DNA of 64,000 bases from the sequence record OR167180; one strand, 5' to 3'. Every line of letters begins with the position of its first letter. Within the stretch, counting starts at the first letter, position 1. Shown in pieces: positions 46,906 through 56,285 of this stretch. The stretch is from Escherichia phage MIZ4. The notes below the pieces were generated by a model that was not told the DNA's origin, made no database searches, and saw only the letters and a program-made list of their open reading frames with translations. Both the position numbers and the translations under genes were made by a program.

Positions 46906-47431
46906 TTTTGATACGTGATTCTAATTGGATCATACGGTCGCGCGTTTGTTTGTATTCTCGGATAGCACCGATCCGGCTAGGCATACCATCCAGTACGCTC
47001 TTAATACCTTCTAGGGTAGTAATTTTGGCAATGCTATTATGTAACCCCATCTTATCGATCAACTGAATGTCGTAGGCTTCCATAAGCAGACCCAGGCGTT
47101 CTAAAGTTAGGTCTTCTTCTTTTTCTTCCGAATCTGGAATCTTATGTTCAATAGTAACTTCGGTAAAGAAACGACGCTCACCCGACCAAAACCACACGCC
47201 GGAACAGCCAATAGGGGATTCTTTTAACGTCATAGAGTCGAAATTACTACCAATAATAGTAATTTCTCTAACATCACCATCATCGTCAAGGTCTTCTACC
47301 CTAAACGGGCGACCAGCCAACAAGTCAACAATACATCTGTTAATAGACGACGAAAATTTAGTCAGTTCGGCTTTCGACGCTTCGCATTCAATCTTGTAAG
47401 TTTTACCAACTTCCCATTCCATAATAATCAC
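46895..47431 (-). CDS. Paralog family A member (178 aa)
   Basis: MEWEVGKTYK.. and ERRFFTEV motifs shared with neighbours. Confidence 0.5.
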   Translation of the reverse strand: MIIMEWEVGKTYKIECEASKAELTKFSSSINRCIVDLLAGRPFRVEDLDDDGDVREITIIGSNFDSMTLKESPIGCSGVWFWSGERRFFTEVTIEHKIPDSEEKEEDLTLERLGLLMEAYDIQLIDKMGLHNSIAKITTLEGIKSVLDGMPSRIGAIREYKQTRDRMIQLESRIKNER

Positions 47432-47432
47432 C

Positions 47433-47942
47433 TCAAATAATTTTCACTGGAATACTATTAACAATCTTGTATTGTACTTGATTGTCAGACCCCCGCCACG
47501 GCTTCTTCGTTGGCATATCTTTAATATAACGCCCATCGATGAACATGTCAACTGATTCTACAATTTTTCTTTGCTCATCATTCAATTGGTCAAGGGTATA
47601 ACCAGACCATAGCCAAATATCTTTATTTGGCATCCATGATTTTACTTCATCGATGATCCGCTGTACACCCTTTAAATTGCGTTTATACAGTGGATCGCCA
47701 CCTAAGAATGTTAGCCCCTGAATAAAATCAGGTCTAAGCAGATCCAGAATCAATCCCATTGTATCATCGGTGAATGGTTCCCCGTTCTTAGGATTGAGTA
47801 GGCTAGCATTAAAGCAACCATCACATGCGTGTGAACATCCGGTAACGTAAAGGGAGACTCTCACTCCCTCACCGTTCACCATATCACAATCTTTAATATC
47901 GGCATAGCGTAGTTTGCCGTATGTATCAGAACTCATATTCAA
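47433..47942 (-). CDS. nrdG: Anaerobic ribonucleotide reductase activating protein NrdG (radical SAM)
   Basis: CSHACDGC cluster plus GGDP motif; 169 aa; adjacent to the nrdD region. Confidence 0.85.
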   Translation of the reverse strand: MNMSSDTYGKLRYADIKDCDMVNGEGVRVSLYVTGCSHACDGCFNASLLNPKNGEPFTDDTMGLILDLLRPDFIQGLTFLGGDPLYKRNLKGVQRIIDEVKSWMPNKDIWLWSGYTLDQLNDEQRKIVESVDMFIDGRYIKDMPTKKPWRGSDNQVQYKIVNSIPVKII

Positions 47943-48078
47943 TTACCCCGAACTCGTTTACAATCTGCGCTTTATAGTAACCACCGCGAGATGCTAATAG
48001 ATAAGCTGGGCTTAGGTATTCGTATTCACGGATTTCTACTTGTGCGTTTTCAGTTTCCCAAATCAGTAAAGTCCACAT
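47926..48078 (-). CDS. Hypothetical small protein (50 aa; start at internal ATG with GGAGAAT SD)
   Basis: ORF 47926..48153 trimmed; promoter at 48121..48149. Confidence 0.35.
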   Translation of the reverse strand: MWTLLIWETENAQVEIREYEYLSPAYLLASRGGYYKAQIVNEFGVIEYEF

Positions 48079-48120
48079 ATTTGATTCTCCTGTAAAGTTG
48101 TATCTCGTCTTGATGAATAT

Positions 48121-48149
48121 AGTATAGGGGATCTCGTGATCCCCGTCAA
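48121..48149 (-). promoter_or_regulatory. Sigma70-like early promoter (TTGACG-17-TATACT) with GGGATC/GATCCC spacer palindrome
   Basis: Minus-strand motif. Confidence 0.45.
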
Positions 48150-48153
48150 GCAT

Positions 48154-48687
48154 TTATTTTAAATTTTTTCGAATGTATTCAGACCATTCCTTCCCTGTCA
48201 TTTCGGACCCATTCTGGAAACTGAAATATTCATACGGCATCGAGTCAAGATAAAACAGGATCATACATCGCGCCATATAATACCAATCACGATTAAAGTA
48301 AACTACGTTATCGCCAGTACCATCAACCCCTTTATCATAACCATCGCGGGTACGGGCGACCCATTGAATAGTATCAGTTTTCTCACGGATAGTAACAGGT
48401 TCCCAATATCCAGCACATCCAGCATGACCACACGAACAAGTAAGGAAATATTGACCTTTTGCTTTGTTGTCATCCCATTCACGATGAATTGGTTTGATTT
48501 CGTGAAACAGTGCCAAACAATCATGATTATGCAACACTGGCTTACCATCAATCAATGCATGGAATGTATACAAACGACCCGTAGACAAATAGCTATCCTC
48601 ACGCTCAACCAGTTCAATAGCAATCTTTTTAGCTCGTTCTTTGTGTCGTTGTGCTTTACGTTTACGGTTTAATGATTTCATAGTCAC
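48154..48687 (-). CDS. Hypothetical protein (177 aa)
   Basis: ORF between nrdD and nrdG. Confidence 0.5.
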   Translation of the reverse strand: MTMKSLNRKRKAQRHKERAKKIAIELVEREDSYLSTGRLYTFHALIDGKPVLHNHDCLALFHEIKPIHREWDDNKAKGQYFLTCSCGHAGCAGYWEPVTIREKTDTIQWVARTRDGYDKGVDGTGDNVVYFNRDWYYMARCMILFYLDSMPYEYFSFQNGSEMTGKEWSEYIRKNLK

Positions 48688-48698
48688 CTCACATTATT

Positions 48699-49238
48699 TC
48701 AAAGATCGCGATATTGTACATTATGAAAATGAGAACTTGCATTACCAATATTGTAGATAACAAATTCTTCATCCGGCGCTTGCGCTACAAATTGAGTATG
48801 AGCAACCGCTACGACTTTAAAAATACGATCCGTGATCTTGTGCTTAATTTCTGCCCCTACTTCCATAGGAACATATTCATTTGTTTCTGTTTCAGTCGCA
48901 AAACAGCCATCTTCTTCATAAGCACGAACAAATCGGTCGCAATCAGTACGCTTAACAAATTCAAGAGTATATAATTCTCGTGAATTGTCGGTATAGACCA
49001 ATACAGAATTATTATGATAGCGAATCACATACAGGTTATTATCATCGTCAATTACGCAAAAGCTACGGATTCCTTCGCCTTGACTCCAGCAGACATTAAC
49101 CACCGTTCCTCTAATAAAAAAACTTTCCTTTAAATTAAAACTAGTCAATGTGCTAGCGTGCATTTTAACAACAACACCATCACCAATTTCCAGTTTACGA
49201 AGTTTAACTTCTTTGCTCAGTACACAAAACATCATCAT
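48699..49238 (-). CDS. Hypothetical protein (179 aa)
   Basis: ORF between nrdD and nrdG. Confidence 0.5.
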   Translation of the reverse strand: MMMFCVLSKEVKLRKLEIGDGVVVKMHASTLTSFNLKESFFIRGTVVNVCWSQGEGIRSFCVIDDDNNLYVIRYHNNSVLVYTDNSRELYTLEFVKRTDCDRFVRAYEEDGCFATETETNEYVPMEVGAEIKHKITDRIFKVVAVAHTQFVAQAPDEEFVIYNIGNASSHFHNVQYRDL

Positions 49239-49267
49239 GTTGTCCTCTCGTTGTTTTCGATGTGAGC

Positions 49268-49295
49268 ATTATACATTAGCTAATCATATTGTCAA
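49268..49295 (-). promoter_or_regulatory. Sigma70-like early promoter (TTGACA-16-TATAAT)
   Basis: Minus-strand consensus hexamers immediately downstream of the nrdD terminator. Confidence 0.55.
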
Positions 49296-49300
49296 CACCC

Positions 49301-49332
49301 CAAAACGAAAAGCCGACCCTTTCGGATCGGCT
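49301..49332 (-). terminator. Terminator-like hairpin after nrdD
   Basis: agccgaccctttcggatcggct imperfect inverted repeat with flanking T-run on the minus strand; near-identical copy at ~61691. Confidence 0.45.
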
Positions 49333-49337
49333 AAAAA

Positions 49338-51200
49338 TTACATGTGCTTAACGCGGTTTACCATCTCGGAGTGTTTCCCGTGGTTGAATGGACGCAGATC
49401 AACAGATCCAAGATATCCACTAACGCGACGGATAACATTCATCTTTTCCAGATTGTCATTGCCGCAATCAGGACAAACAAAACCAGACTCGGTCGCTCTC
49501 ATTTCCTTAGTAGATCCGCATACATGACATACATCAGAAGGAGTATTAACACCGAAGTAGTGCAATTTATCCATTGCATAATCGACTACAGTTTCAAGAC
49601 CTTTCAGGTTGTTTTTCATGTCTGGGAACTCAACATAAGAGATCATGCCACCGGACGCCAGCCAGTGATAATCTTTCTCAAAGTCGATTTTCTCAAATGG
49701 AGTGACTTTCCGGTCTACGTCAAGGTGGAATGAGTTTGTGTACCAGTCTTTATCGGTAGCACCCTTAACAATACCAAACTGCTCTCTGTCCAGTCGATTA
49801 AATCGATAGCAAAGGCTCTCGGCTGGCGTACCGTAAAGACTAAACCCAAGTCCGGTTTCGTCCTTCCATTTTTCAGTATAATGACGCAAGATCTTAAGAA
49901 TATGTTTACCGTATCGCTGCGCATCTTCCGAATCAAACGGATGAACACCAAACAGGACGCTCAATACCTCATGTAAACCAATATATCCAAGAGAGATACT
50001 AGCGCGACCATCTTTCAACACTTCCAAAATTTCATCGTTTTGATGAATACGGAAAAATGCACCTTCTGTATACAGCACCGGAGCAACATTGGCTTTAGCC
50101 CCTTTTAAAGCGTCTACGCGACTCATGAGCGCATCAAAGCAAATATGCATACGATTAGCTAGCTCTTGTTCGAATAGCTCAATTCTGCGCATTACAGACG
50201 CTTTACCAGCACGACGAGCGGCAATAAGGGCAATACGCGGAAGATTCAGAGTCACAACACCTAAGTTATTACGTCCGTCTAATACTTCCTCGCCTTTCTC
50301 ATTATGCCACACACCCAGGAAGCTACGACAACCCATCGGGCTAACCGGAACACTAGATCCAGTGATGCTACGGTTATTCTTCGCAGAGATATAATCAGGG
50401 TAAAGACGCTTACTAGAACATTCCAATGCAAGTTGCTTAATGTCGTAGTTCGGATCTTCCGGTTTAAGGTTTAATCCTTCTTCTAAGAACATCACCAGCT
50501 TAGGAAACACCGGAGTGATACCATCTTTACCTAAACCTTTAGTTCGAACGTTCAGGATCGCTTTCTGAATCAGTTTTTCTTCCCAGCTAGTACCCATACC
50601 AAAGGTTAAAGTCACAAAAGGCGTTTGACCGTTGGTGGAGAACAAAGTGTTGATTTCATATTCCAACGCTTGATACCCGTCTAGCGTTTCTTTTTCTGTC
50701 TTCTCTTGTGCATAGAGAGTATCAGCTTTGATTCCGTAGGTCTCGGCATCAGCAAGGTGTTTATGATATGTTTTCTCAACGTATGGCGCTAAAACCTGAT
50801 CGATGTTTGCAATTGTGGTCCCGCCATATTGATGACTTGCCACCTGTGCGATAATTTGAGCGGTTACAGCACAAGCAACGCCGATTGATTTCGGACTTTC
50901 GATTTGTGCGCTACCCAATTTAAAACCATTCTCTAACATGTCTTTGAGATTAACAAGACAGCAGTTAGTAAACGGCATAGCGGGTGCATAATCCATATCA
51001 TGATAATGAATGTCACCGTCTACATGCGCTTTATAGATGTGCTCAGGTAACACGGTTTTAGCAATCTGTTTAGACACAGCACCAGCAATCAGATCTCGAC
51101 GTGTCGGGAATGTTCGCGCGTCTTTGTTCGCGTTCTCTTTGCTTACTTCGTTTTCTTTACCCGTTGCGATCTCTGTAATGTCTTTGATTAGTTTTTCCAT
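49338..51200 (-). CDS. nrdD: Anaerobic ribonucleoside-triphosphate reductase NrdD (uninterrupted)
   Basis: 620 aa; glycyl-radical motif RVSGYLG and C-terminal Zn ribbon CHVCGS..CPDCG; no intron. Confidence 0.9.
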   Translation of the reverse strand: MEKLIKDITEIATGKENEVSKENANKDARTFPTRRDLIAGAVSKQIAKTVLPEHIYKAHVDGDIHYHDMDYAPAMPFTNCCLVNLKDMLENGFKLGSAQIESPKSIGVACAVTAQIIAQVASHQYGGTTIANIDQVLAPYVEKTYHKHLADAETYGIKADTLYAQEKTEKETLDGYQALEYEINTLFSTNGQTPFVTLTFGMGTSWEEKLIQKAILNVRTKGLGKDGITPVFPKLVMFLEEGLNLKPEDPNYDIKQLALECSSKRLYPDYISAKNNRSITGSSVPVSPMGCRSFLGVWHNEKGEEVLDGRNNLGVVTLNLPRIALIAARRAGKASVMRRIELFEQELANRMHICFDALMSRVDALKGAKANVAPVLYTEGAFFRIHQNDEILEVLKDGRASISLGYIGLHEVLSVLFGVHPFDSEDAQRYGKHILKILRHYTEKWKDETGLGFSLYGTPAESLCYRFNRLDREQFGIVKGATDKDWYTNSFHLDVDRKVTPFEKIDFEKDYHWLASGGMISYVEFPDMKNNLKGLETVVDYAMDKLHYFGVNTPSDVCHVCGSTKEMRATESGFVCPDCGNDNLEKMNVIRRVSGYLGSVDLRPFNHGKHSEMVNRVKHM

Positions 51201-51244
51201 TGTATCACCTATGAAAAAGCGGGATTTCTCCCGCTCGTTGATAG

Positions 51245-51739
51245 TTATTTTACCAGTTCTGCTAATTCTTTTTCCGCCGCTTCCAGTTCAGCTTTAAGCT
51301 GTTTAATCTCTTGTCGCTTCTTATTAGCGGCTTCCTGCTTACTATTTCGGATAACCTGATCTAGATACAACTCCCAATCCTGAATATTTTTGATAATGTA
51401 TCCGTCAACATTAATTGGTCGGAGATTCAGTACAGCTTCCAGTTTAGTCGCAAAAACTTTAATTGCTGGTGTGAAGTATTCATATTCGTTATCTTCAAAC
51501 CAATAACCTAGACTTGCATTATCAATACGAAGACGAAGTTTAAGATCAAGGTCTTTATCGTCGGTGTAAAGATCTTTCACCTGCCCCATCGAGCTAACAA
51601 CAACTTTAAAACGAATTTTATCTACACCGCCAAAAACATCTTCAAGAATATCAGCAATTGAGCTATTAGCGCAAGATTGGTCGCTGAATGCGTCAAGGTT
51701 TTCTTTAGTTACAGTATACCAAACATCTTGTACCCACAT
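51245..51739 (-). CDS. Paralog family B member (164 aa)
   Basis: C-terminal coiled coil; conserved SD-spacer; promoter upstream. Confidence 0.45.
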   Translation of the reverse strand: MWVQDVWYTVTKENLDAFSDQSCANSSIADILEDVFGGVDKIRFKVVVSSMGQVKDLYTDDKDLDLKLRLRIDNASLGYWFEDNEYEYFTPAIKVFATKLEAVLNLRPINVDGYIIKNIQDWELYLDQVIRNSKQEAANKKRQEIKQLKAELEAAEKELAELVK

Positions 51740-51769
51740 AATATAATCCTCTCGTTGTTAAGTGGGAGT

Positions 51770-51798
51770 ATTATAGCATACTCCCTTCGCATGTCAAG
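51770..51798 (-). promoter_or_regulatory. Sigma70-like early promoter (TTGACA-17-TATAAT) with GGGAGTAT/ATACTCCC palindrome
   Basis: Minus-strand motif. Confidence 0.55.
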
Positions 51799-52972
51799 CA
51801 CTAACTTTTTTCTTTACTGCTTTCACCTTCTGGCGAATTGCTCGAATCTCTTCGATCTCTTTTTCAGTATCTTTAACAATTTCTTTGCGATTCTGAATAT
51901 CTTTATCGAGATTATCATCAAGTTTAGGCAGCATGTCAATCAAGAACTTTTTAAGGTCTTTCAGGTTGCGAATAACAGTACCTTCACCCATTACCGCCAC
52001 GCCTACACCATCCGGCAGATCACCAAACAGTTTAACCAGTTCAGACAGATGATCATGATCTTCTAGTGCTTCTTCCGGTTCAGATGGCAGTTCAACAAAG
52101 TAATAACGTTCATCATTGCTGATCAGGTGATACCAGCAAAGCCCAAAAGATTTAGGAGTATATTCTACACCACCAACTTCAACTGCGTCAACACTTCCAT
52201 AATCATCTACTTTAGTTACCTTAAATCCTTGTCCCAGCTTTTGAACAATTTCAACAACATGACTTGATACAGTTTCAGCGGTAAACCAATATGGCAAATT
52301 ATGCTGATTTGGCTTGTAGCGTTCACCTACTTTAAATCTCTGACCAGCCGCTTGCATAGAATGAAATTGTTGTTTCGTGATTTCCGCGAAGTATTCAAAT
52401 TCGCCACCATCAAACACACAAGCCCATTGATCACAAAAACGATCTGCCTTAACAGTTTCACCTTTCGCGGTGATCATGGTAGCTGATCCGTGCAATTCTT
52501 CTTCAACTAAAAAGCCATATTCGACAAAATCAACAAGTTTCATAGCTTCTTTGTGATCTGGATCATGCTCTCCCCAGAATCGCTTAAATTCTTGCAAACC
52601 TTCTGGGGTAAACGAATAACATTTACCTTTTTCAAAGTAAGTCGGCATTGCATCCTCTTTCTTGTTCATCGCTTCGTATGCCTCTTTTGAGATGCGTTTA
52701 AAGTATTTACGCTCATTGTGCATAATCATAGTAGCCCAATAATCAACAATATCATTAGCGGAATAAACTACATCTCCAGCTTCAATAGTAATAACATGAC
52801 CGTGGTCATCTTTTTCTAATACTTTAAAGCCCTTTTCTACGATTTCAGCAACTCGAATATGACCACGGCGCGAAGCATCGGTCAGAATAATTGAATAGCG
52901 AGAAAAGTCTAGAAACTCATCTTTACCGCCTTCACGGAATGCATAGTAATGACCTTCAAAGAATTTAGCCAT
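51794..52972 (-). CDS. Paralog family B member, multi-repeat (392 aa)
   Basis: Repeated GFKVL..VD..G and NERKYFKRI(S/T)K modules shared with 53036..53596 and 53611..53883. Confidence 0.5.
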   Translation of the reverse strand: MAKFFEGHYYAFREGGKDEFLDFSRYSIILTDASRRGHIRVAEIVEKGFKVLEKDDHGHVITIEAGDVVYSANDIVDYWATMIMHNERKYFKRISKEAYEAMNKKEDAMPTYFEKGKCYSFTPEGLQEFKRFWGEHDPDHKEAMKLVDFVEYGFLVEEELHGSATMITAKGETVKADRFCDQWACVFDGGEFEYFAEITKQQFHSMQAAGQRFKVGERYKPNQHNLPYWFTAETVSSHVVEIVQKLGQGFKVTKVDDYGSVDAVEVGGVEYTPKSFGLCWYHLISNDERYYFVELPSEPEEALEDHDHLSELVKLFGDLPDGVGVAVMGEGTVIRNLKDLKKFLIDMLPKLDDNLDKDIQNRKEIVKDTEKEIEEIRAIRQKVKAVKKKVSA

Positions 52973-53003
52973 AATATAATCCTCTCGTTGTTTAGATGGG
53001 AGT

Positions 53004-53032
53004 ATCTTACTACTCCCGTTTCATCATGTCAA
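53004..53032 (-). promoter_or_regulatory. Sigma70-like early promoter (TTGACA-17-TAAGAT) with GGGAGTA/TACTCCC palindrome
   Basis: Minus-strand motif. Confidence 0.5.
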
Positions 53033-53035
53033 GCG

Positions 53036-53596
53036 TTAAAGTGACTTTTTAATCTCTTTCAGTTCTTCCACTTTCTCGGCGCTGAATTTAGCGTAGGTAT
53101 CATGTCGAATAATTTCACTTTCAAGAAAGGTTTCCAGTCGAGATCTATTTTCAATAAGGAACTCTTTCAGGTCTTCCGCGTTCTTGACAAAGATTTTATT
53201 GTCGGTAATGTCATCTTCAATCGCAAAGGAGATAGAGCGAACTTTACCAAACAAGTTAATCAGATCTTCCAGAGATTCTTCTTTCTTAACTGGTTTCATT
53301 TCTTCAAACTGCTTTTTAGTGATGCGTTTAAAGTATTTGCGCTCGTTTGCAGCAATCAGAACAGATGCACCTTCATACCCATGAGTTTCTACCAGATACA
53401 CACGCCCCATCGCATCAACAGTGAGAACTTTAAAGCCGTTACAAAGCACGTCATACAAGAACTTATTATGTTGCGGACATCGTTTGATAAATTCTGCGGC
53501 TGTTTCTGCACTACGGAAAGTGTAATAACGACCTCGTTCAAAAACAGCATCATTTGAAGACTTAGCCGGATACAATTTATACATTTTCTGTACCAT
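53036..53596 (-). CDS. Paralog family B member (start at MVQKMYKLY with GAGGATTATATT SD)
   Basis: NERKYFKRITKKQFEEM module; ORF 53036..53614 trimmed to the ATG with SD. Confidence 0.5.
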   Translation of the reverse strand: MVQKMYKLYPAKSSNDAVFERGRYYTFRSAETAAEFIKRCPQHNKFLYDVLCNGFKVLTVDAMGRVYLVETHGYEGASVLIAANERKYFKRITKKQFEEMKPVKKEESLEDLINLFGKVRSISFAIEDDITDNKIFVKNAEDLKEFLIENRSRLETFLESEIIRHDTYAKFSAEKVEELKEIKKSL

Positions 53597-53610
53597 AATA
53601 TAATCCTCTA

Positions 53611-53883
53611 TCATTTCACTAATTGAACAGCACGAAACAGAATGCGGTCACACGGAAGCAGCATAAATTCCCAACGCGGATCAAAGTCTTTAGCGGTGTA
53701 TGTTTTCCCATCAACAGAGATTTCACTTACATAACCAATAGGTGACACTTTAAGAACAGTAAATCCATTCTTGATTGCTTCGTAGGTATCTTTCAGACCT
53801 TCGTAGTCATCCTCTAGGAAGTCTTTACGTGCTTGCTCAGATTTAAAAACATAGGCCACACCAGCTTTAAACATCTTACGCAT
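53611..53883 (-). CDS. Paralog family B member (90 aa)
   Basis: GFTVLKV..GKTYTAKDF module. Confidence 0.45.
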   Translation of the reverse strand: MRKMFKAGVAYVFKSEQARKDFLEDDYEGLKDTYEAIKNGFTVLKVSPIGYVSEISVDGKTYTAKDFDPRWEFMLLPCDRILFRAVQLVK

Positions 53884-53914
53884 TGTTGATTCTCCTTCTT
53901 GATTAGATGGGAGT

Positions 53915-53943
53915 ATTTTACTACTCCCGTTTCATGTTGTCAA
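53915..53943 (-). promoter_or_regulatory. Sigma70-like early promoter (TTGACA-17-TAAAAT) with GGGAGTA/TACTCCC palindrome
   Basis: Minus-strand motif just downstream of gene 49. Confidence 0.5.
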
Positions 53944-53946
53944 CTC

Positions 53947-54420
53947 CTATCTTAATCTTTGTATGAATTGTTTCTTATACTTCTTCGTGATTTCTTCTCG
54001 TGTATCAGCGTCGCAGTATTCGAAACCTTCTGCGTCCATAATATCAACCATCTCCGCGCGTGTCAAGCGTGAAAATCGTTTTACTTTATCAACAGCATAT
54101 TGAGGATGTAAATGATTGTTGGTGTAGTCTCCTTTGATGTAATTAACATAGTTTGTAGCCCAAACAACGAAATCAGCACCTAAAGCACCAACACCAAACC
54201 GTTTAAAGTCTCCGGTCAACGATCCTTCTAGGCGGTTGCAACACGAATGAAGCAATCCCCTTACGCGGCCTTGCCCTTTCCCATCTAGATCATGATCATG
54301 GTCAAGATGGTTTTTGCTCATATCCTCAAAAAGTGGCAATTGACAAAGGGGGCAAATGCCCCCCTGTTTTTCGAATAGTTCTTGTTTGTACTCTTTAGCA
54401 CTCTTAGCAGTCAGTAACAT
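53947..54420 (-). CDS. 49: Endonuclease VII (Holliday junction resolvase) gp49
   Basis: Blocks matching T4 EndoVII (C.LCQ, NHLDHDH, VRGLL, IKGDYTNNHLHP, FSRL..EM, GFEY, KKQ); start set at MLLTAK with GGAGGG SD. Confidence 0.9.
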   Translation of the reverse strand: MLLTAKSAKEYKQELFEKQGGICPLCQLPLFEDMSKNHLDHDHDLDGKGQGRVRGLLHSCCNRLEGSLTGDFKRFGVGALGADFVVWATNYVNYIKGDYTNNHLHPQYAVDKVKRFSRLTRAEMVDIMDAEGFEYCDADTREEITKKYKKQFIQRLR

Positions 54421-54444
54421 AAATTCACCCTCCAAAGAAGGTAT

Positions 54445-54726
54445 TTAACCATTAATCTTGTTTTTGACTACAAAGGATCTGAACTCATCAAAACCACCTA
54501 TATAATCACCATTATAGAAAATCTGCGGCATGGTGGCAATAACTTCTACCCCTGCGCGATCCTGAATGTCGGCAATGATAGAATCAATCTTTACCGGACG
54601 ACCGTTTTCGTCCACACCATCATTAACCGGAATGTAGATGTAAGGGATCTTACGCGATTCACAAAGGCGCTTTGCATTCTGGCAATACTTACAGTTGTAA
54701 CCTTCAAAACCAAAAATTTCTACCAT
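54445..54726 (-). CDS. nrdC: Glutaredoxin/thioredoxin NrdC-like
   Basis: CKYCQNAKRL active site resembling T4 NrdC CVYCDNAKRL; ..MPQIF..IGGFD.. Confidence 0.8.
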   Translation of the reverse strand: MVEIFGFEGYNCKYCQNAKRLCESRKIPYIYIPVNDGVDENGRPVKIDSIIADIQDRAGVEVIATMPQIFYNGDYIGGFDEFRSFVVKNKING

Positions 54727-54734
54727 GTTATACC

Positions 54735-55547
54735 TCAATCTACGTTAGTTACATAAACTTCTTGCGTATCAGAAGACTTACCACCTGAACGATCTAGGCA
54801 ATAGGTCTTATTCAACAAGACGCAGTTTAAATCATTCCGCTTGATAAAGTCAAGAAGATGATCATTTACCTTTCCCTTATGATGTGTGACATTACTGATA
54901 CCAAACTGAAAACCACGCGCCATAATAGATTCTACCCACTGATAGAATTTAATCTCTTCTTCTTCACTCCAGAACTTATTATATTCTGCCGATGTGATCC
55001 AATATGGCGGGTCCAAATAAACGAAATCACCTGGCAAGATCTCGATCTCGTCATAGCGACCAGACGTAAAACTGATTCGACCGTCTTTGTTTTCTTCCTT
55101 AAAATTCAGGACACGCTCTACCGCGTTTTCGTTAAAAGTCCGGCGACCAAAATTAGCATTAAATTCTCCCTTCCTGTTATGGCGGTTAATGTTGCTAAAA
55201 CTGTGCTGAATCAGAACAAACAGAGATAGCGGATCTGGATTCTCATTATACTTCTTACGGAATGCCATGTAAGCGTCTTTATCTTCGCGAGACAAACCAT
55301 TTTCGGCAATAATACGCTTGATCGTAGAAACCGGATCAGGACACTCGTCAATCGCTTTGTACGCGTCAATTAAGCGGTGATCATAGTCATTAGCCAGCAC
55401 ATCCCCTTCTACGTACAGAGACACGCTCAAGCCACCACAAAAGGCATCGACAAAGCGGTTATAGTGCTTAGGGAAATACTTACTAACACCAGGCAATAAC
55501 TTTTCCTTATTGCCCGTATAGGGAATTAAACCTAATGCTTTCTTCAT
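54735..55547 (-). CDS. dam: DNA adenine methyltransferase (Dam-like, N6-adenine)
   Basis: Motif I FCGGLSV and motif IV DPPY; 270 aa. Confidence 0.85.
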   Translation of the reverse strand: MKKALGLIPYTGNKEKLLPGVSKYFPKHYNRFVDAFCGGLSVSLYVEGDVLANDYDHRLIDAYKAIDECPDPVSTIKRIIAENGLSREDKDAYMAFRKKYNENPDPLSLFVLIQHSFSNINRHNRKGEFNANFGRRTFNENAVERVLNFKEENKDGRISFTSGRYDEIEILPGDFVYLDPPYWITSAEYNKFWSEEEEIKFYQWVESIMARGFQFGISNVTHHKGKVNDHLLDFIKRNDLNCVLLNKTYCLDRSGGKSSDTQEVYVTNVD

Positions 55548-55978
55548 TATCCCTTCCTCAAATAAGTTCGCTCAATCTCTACCAGTTCGAAAAATTCATC
55601 CCAATCACACGGAAAGTTGCAGTTTCCAAAATGGTCTTCGTTATAGAGTTCTTTACCGGATGGCAGCTTAATATCTGTTACAGTATACCAACCGCAACAA
55701 TCGCAATCACCCTCAGCAACAGAAACCTTCGTAGGAATTTGCATCATTGCCAGATAGGTCGGTACGTCAGACTGCTCAAAGATCATGTAACCTTCATGGT
55801 CAAACGAGACAAAATTGTCATCACCCAAAAAAGGAATGTAATGGTCATAATCGGTTACAGGTTGACCGTGCAATTCCCATTCTACAATTTTAACATTACC
55901 ACTAAACTTTATACCCATCATATCAACCATAAAATGGGTATCATCAATGTAAATCTTACTAGGAGTTGGATAAACCAT
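55547..55978 (-). CDS. Hypothetical Cys-rich protein (143 aa)
   Basis: ORF in array. Confidence 0.45.
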   Translation of the reverse strand: MVYPTPSKIYIDDTHFMVDMMGIKFSGNVKIVEWELHGQPVTDYDHYIPFLGDDNFVSFDHEGYMIFEQSDVPTYLAMMQIPTKVSVAEGDCDCCGWYTVTDIKLPSGKELYNEDHFGNCNFPCDWDEFFELVEIERTYLRKG

Positions 55979-55988
55979 TATATAATCC

Positions 55989-56285
55989 TCATATCTCAGA
56001 GAATAGAATCTCTGTTAGCTTCACTGACTGCTCTCTGAATGTTAGCGTATACTCGAAAGGAAAGTCAACACCTAATTTCAGAAGAGAATAGCCTACCGCC
56101 TCTTTATGCTTATCGGTTAGGGCGATCCTAACCAATTCCCGTTGAATCTCTTTAGGAGGTGAATGGATAGTAACACGGGTATCATGCAATGTCCAGTCAC
56201 CATTACGAATCAAGATTAACGGTTTATCGTCATTGAAGATCACCGACCCCTTTCCGGTCGGTGAGTGTTTTATACTAATCATCAA
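55989..56285 (-). CDS. Hypothetical protein (98 aa)
   Basis: ORF in array. Confidence 0.4.
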   Translation of the reverse strand: MMISIKHSPTGKGSVIFNDDKPLILIRNGDWTLHDTRVTIHSPPKEIQRELVRIALTDKHKEAVGYSLLKLGVDFPFEYTLTFREQSVKLTEILFSEI

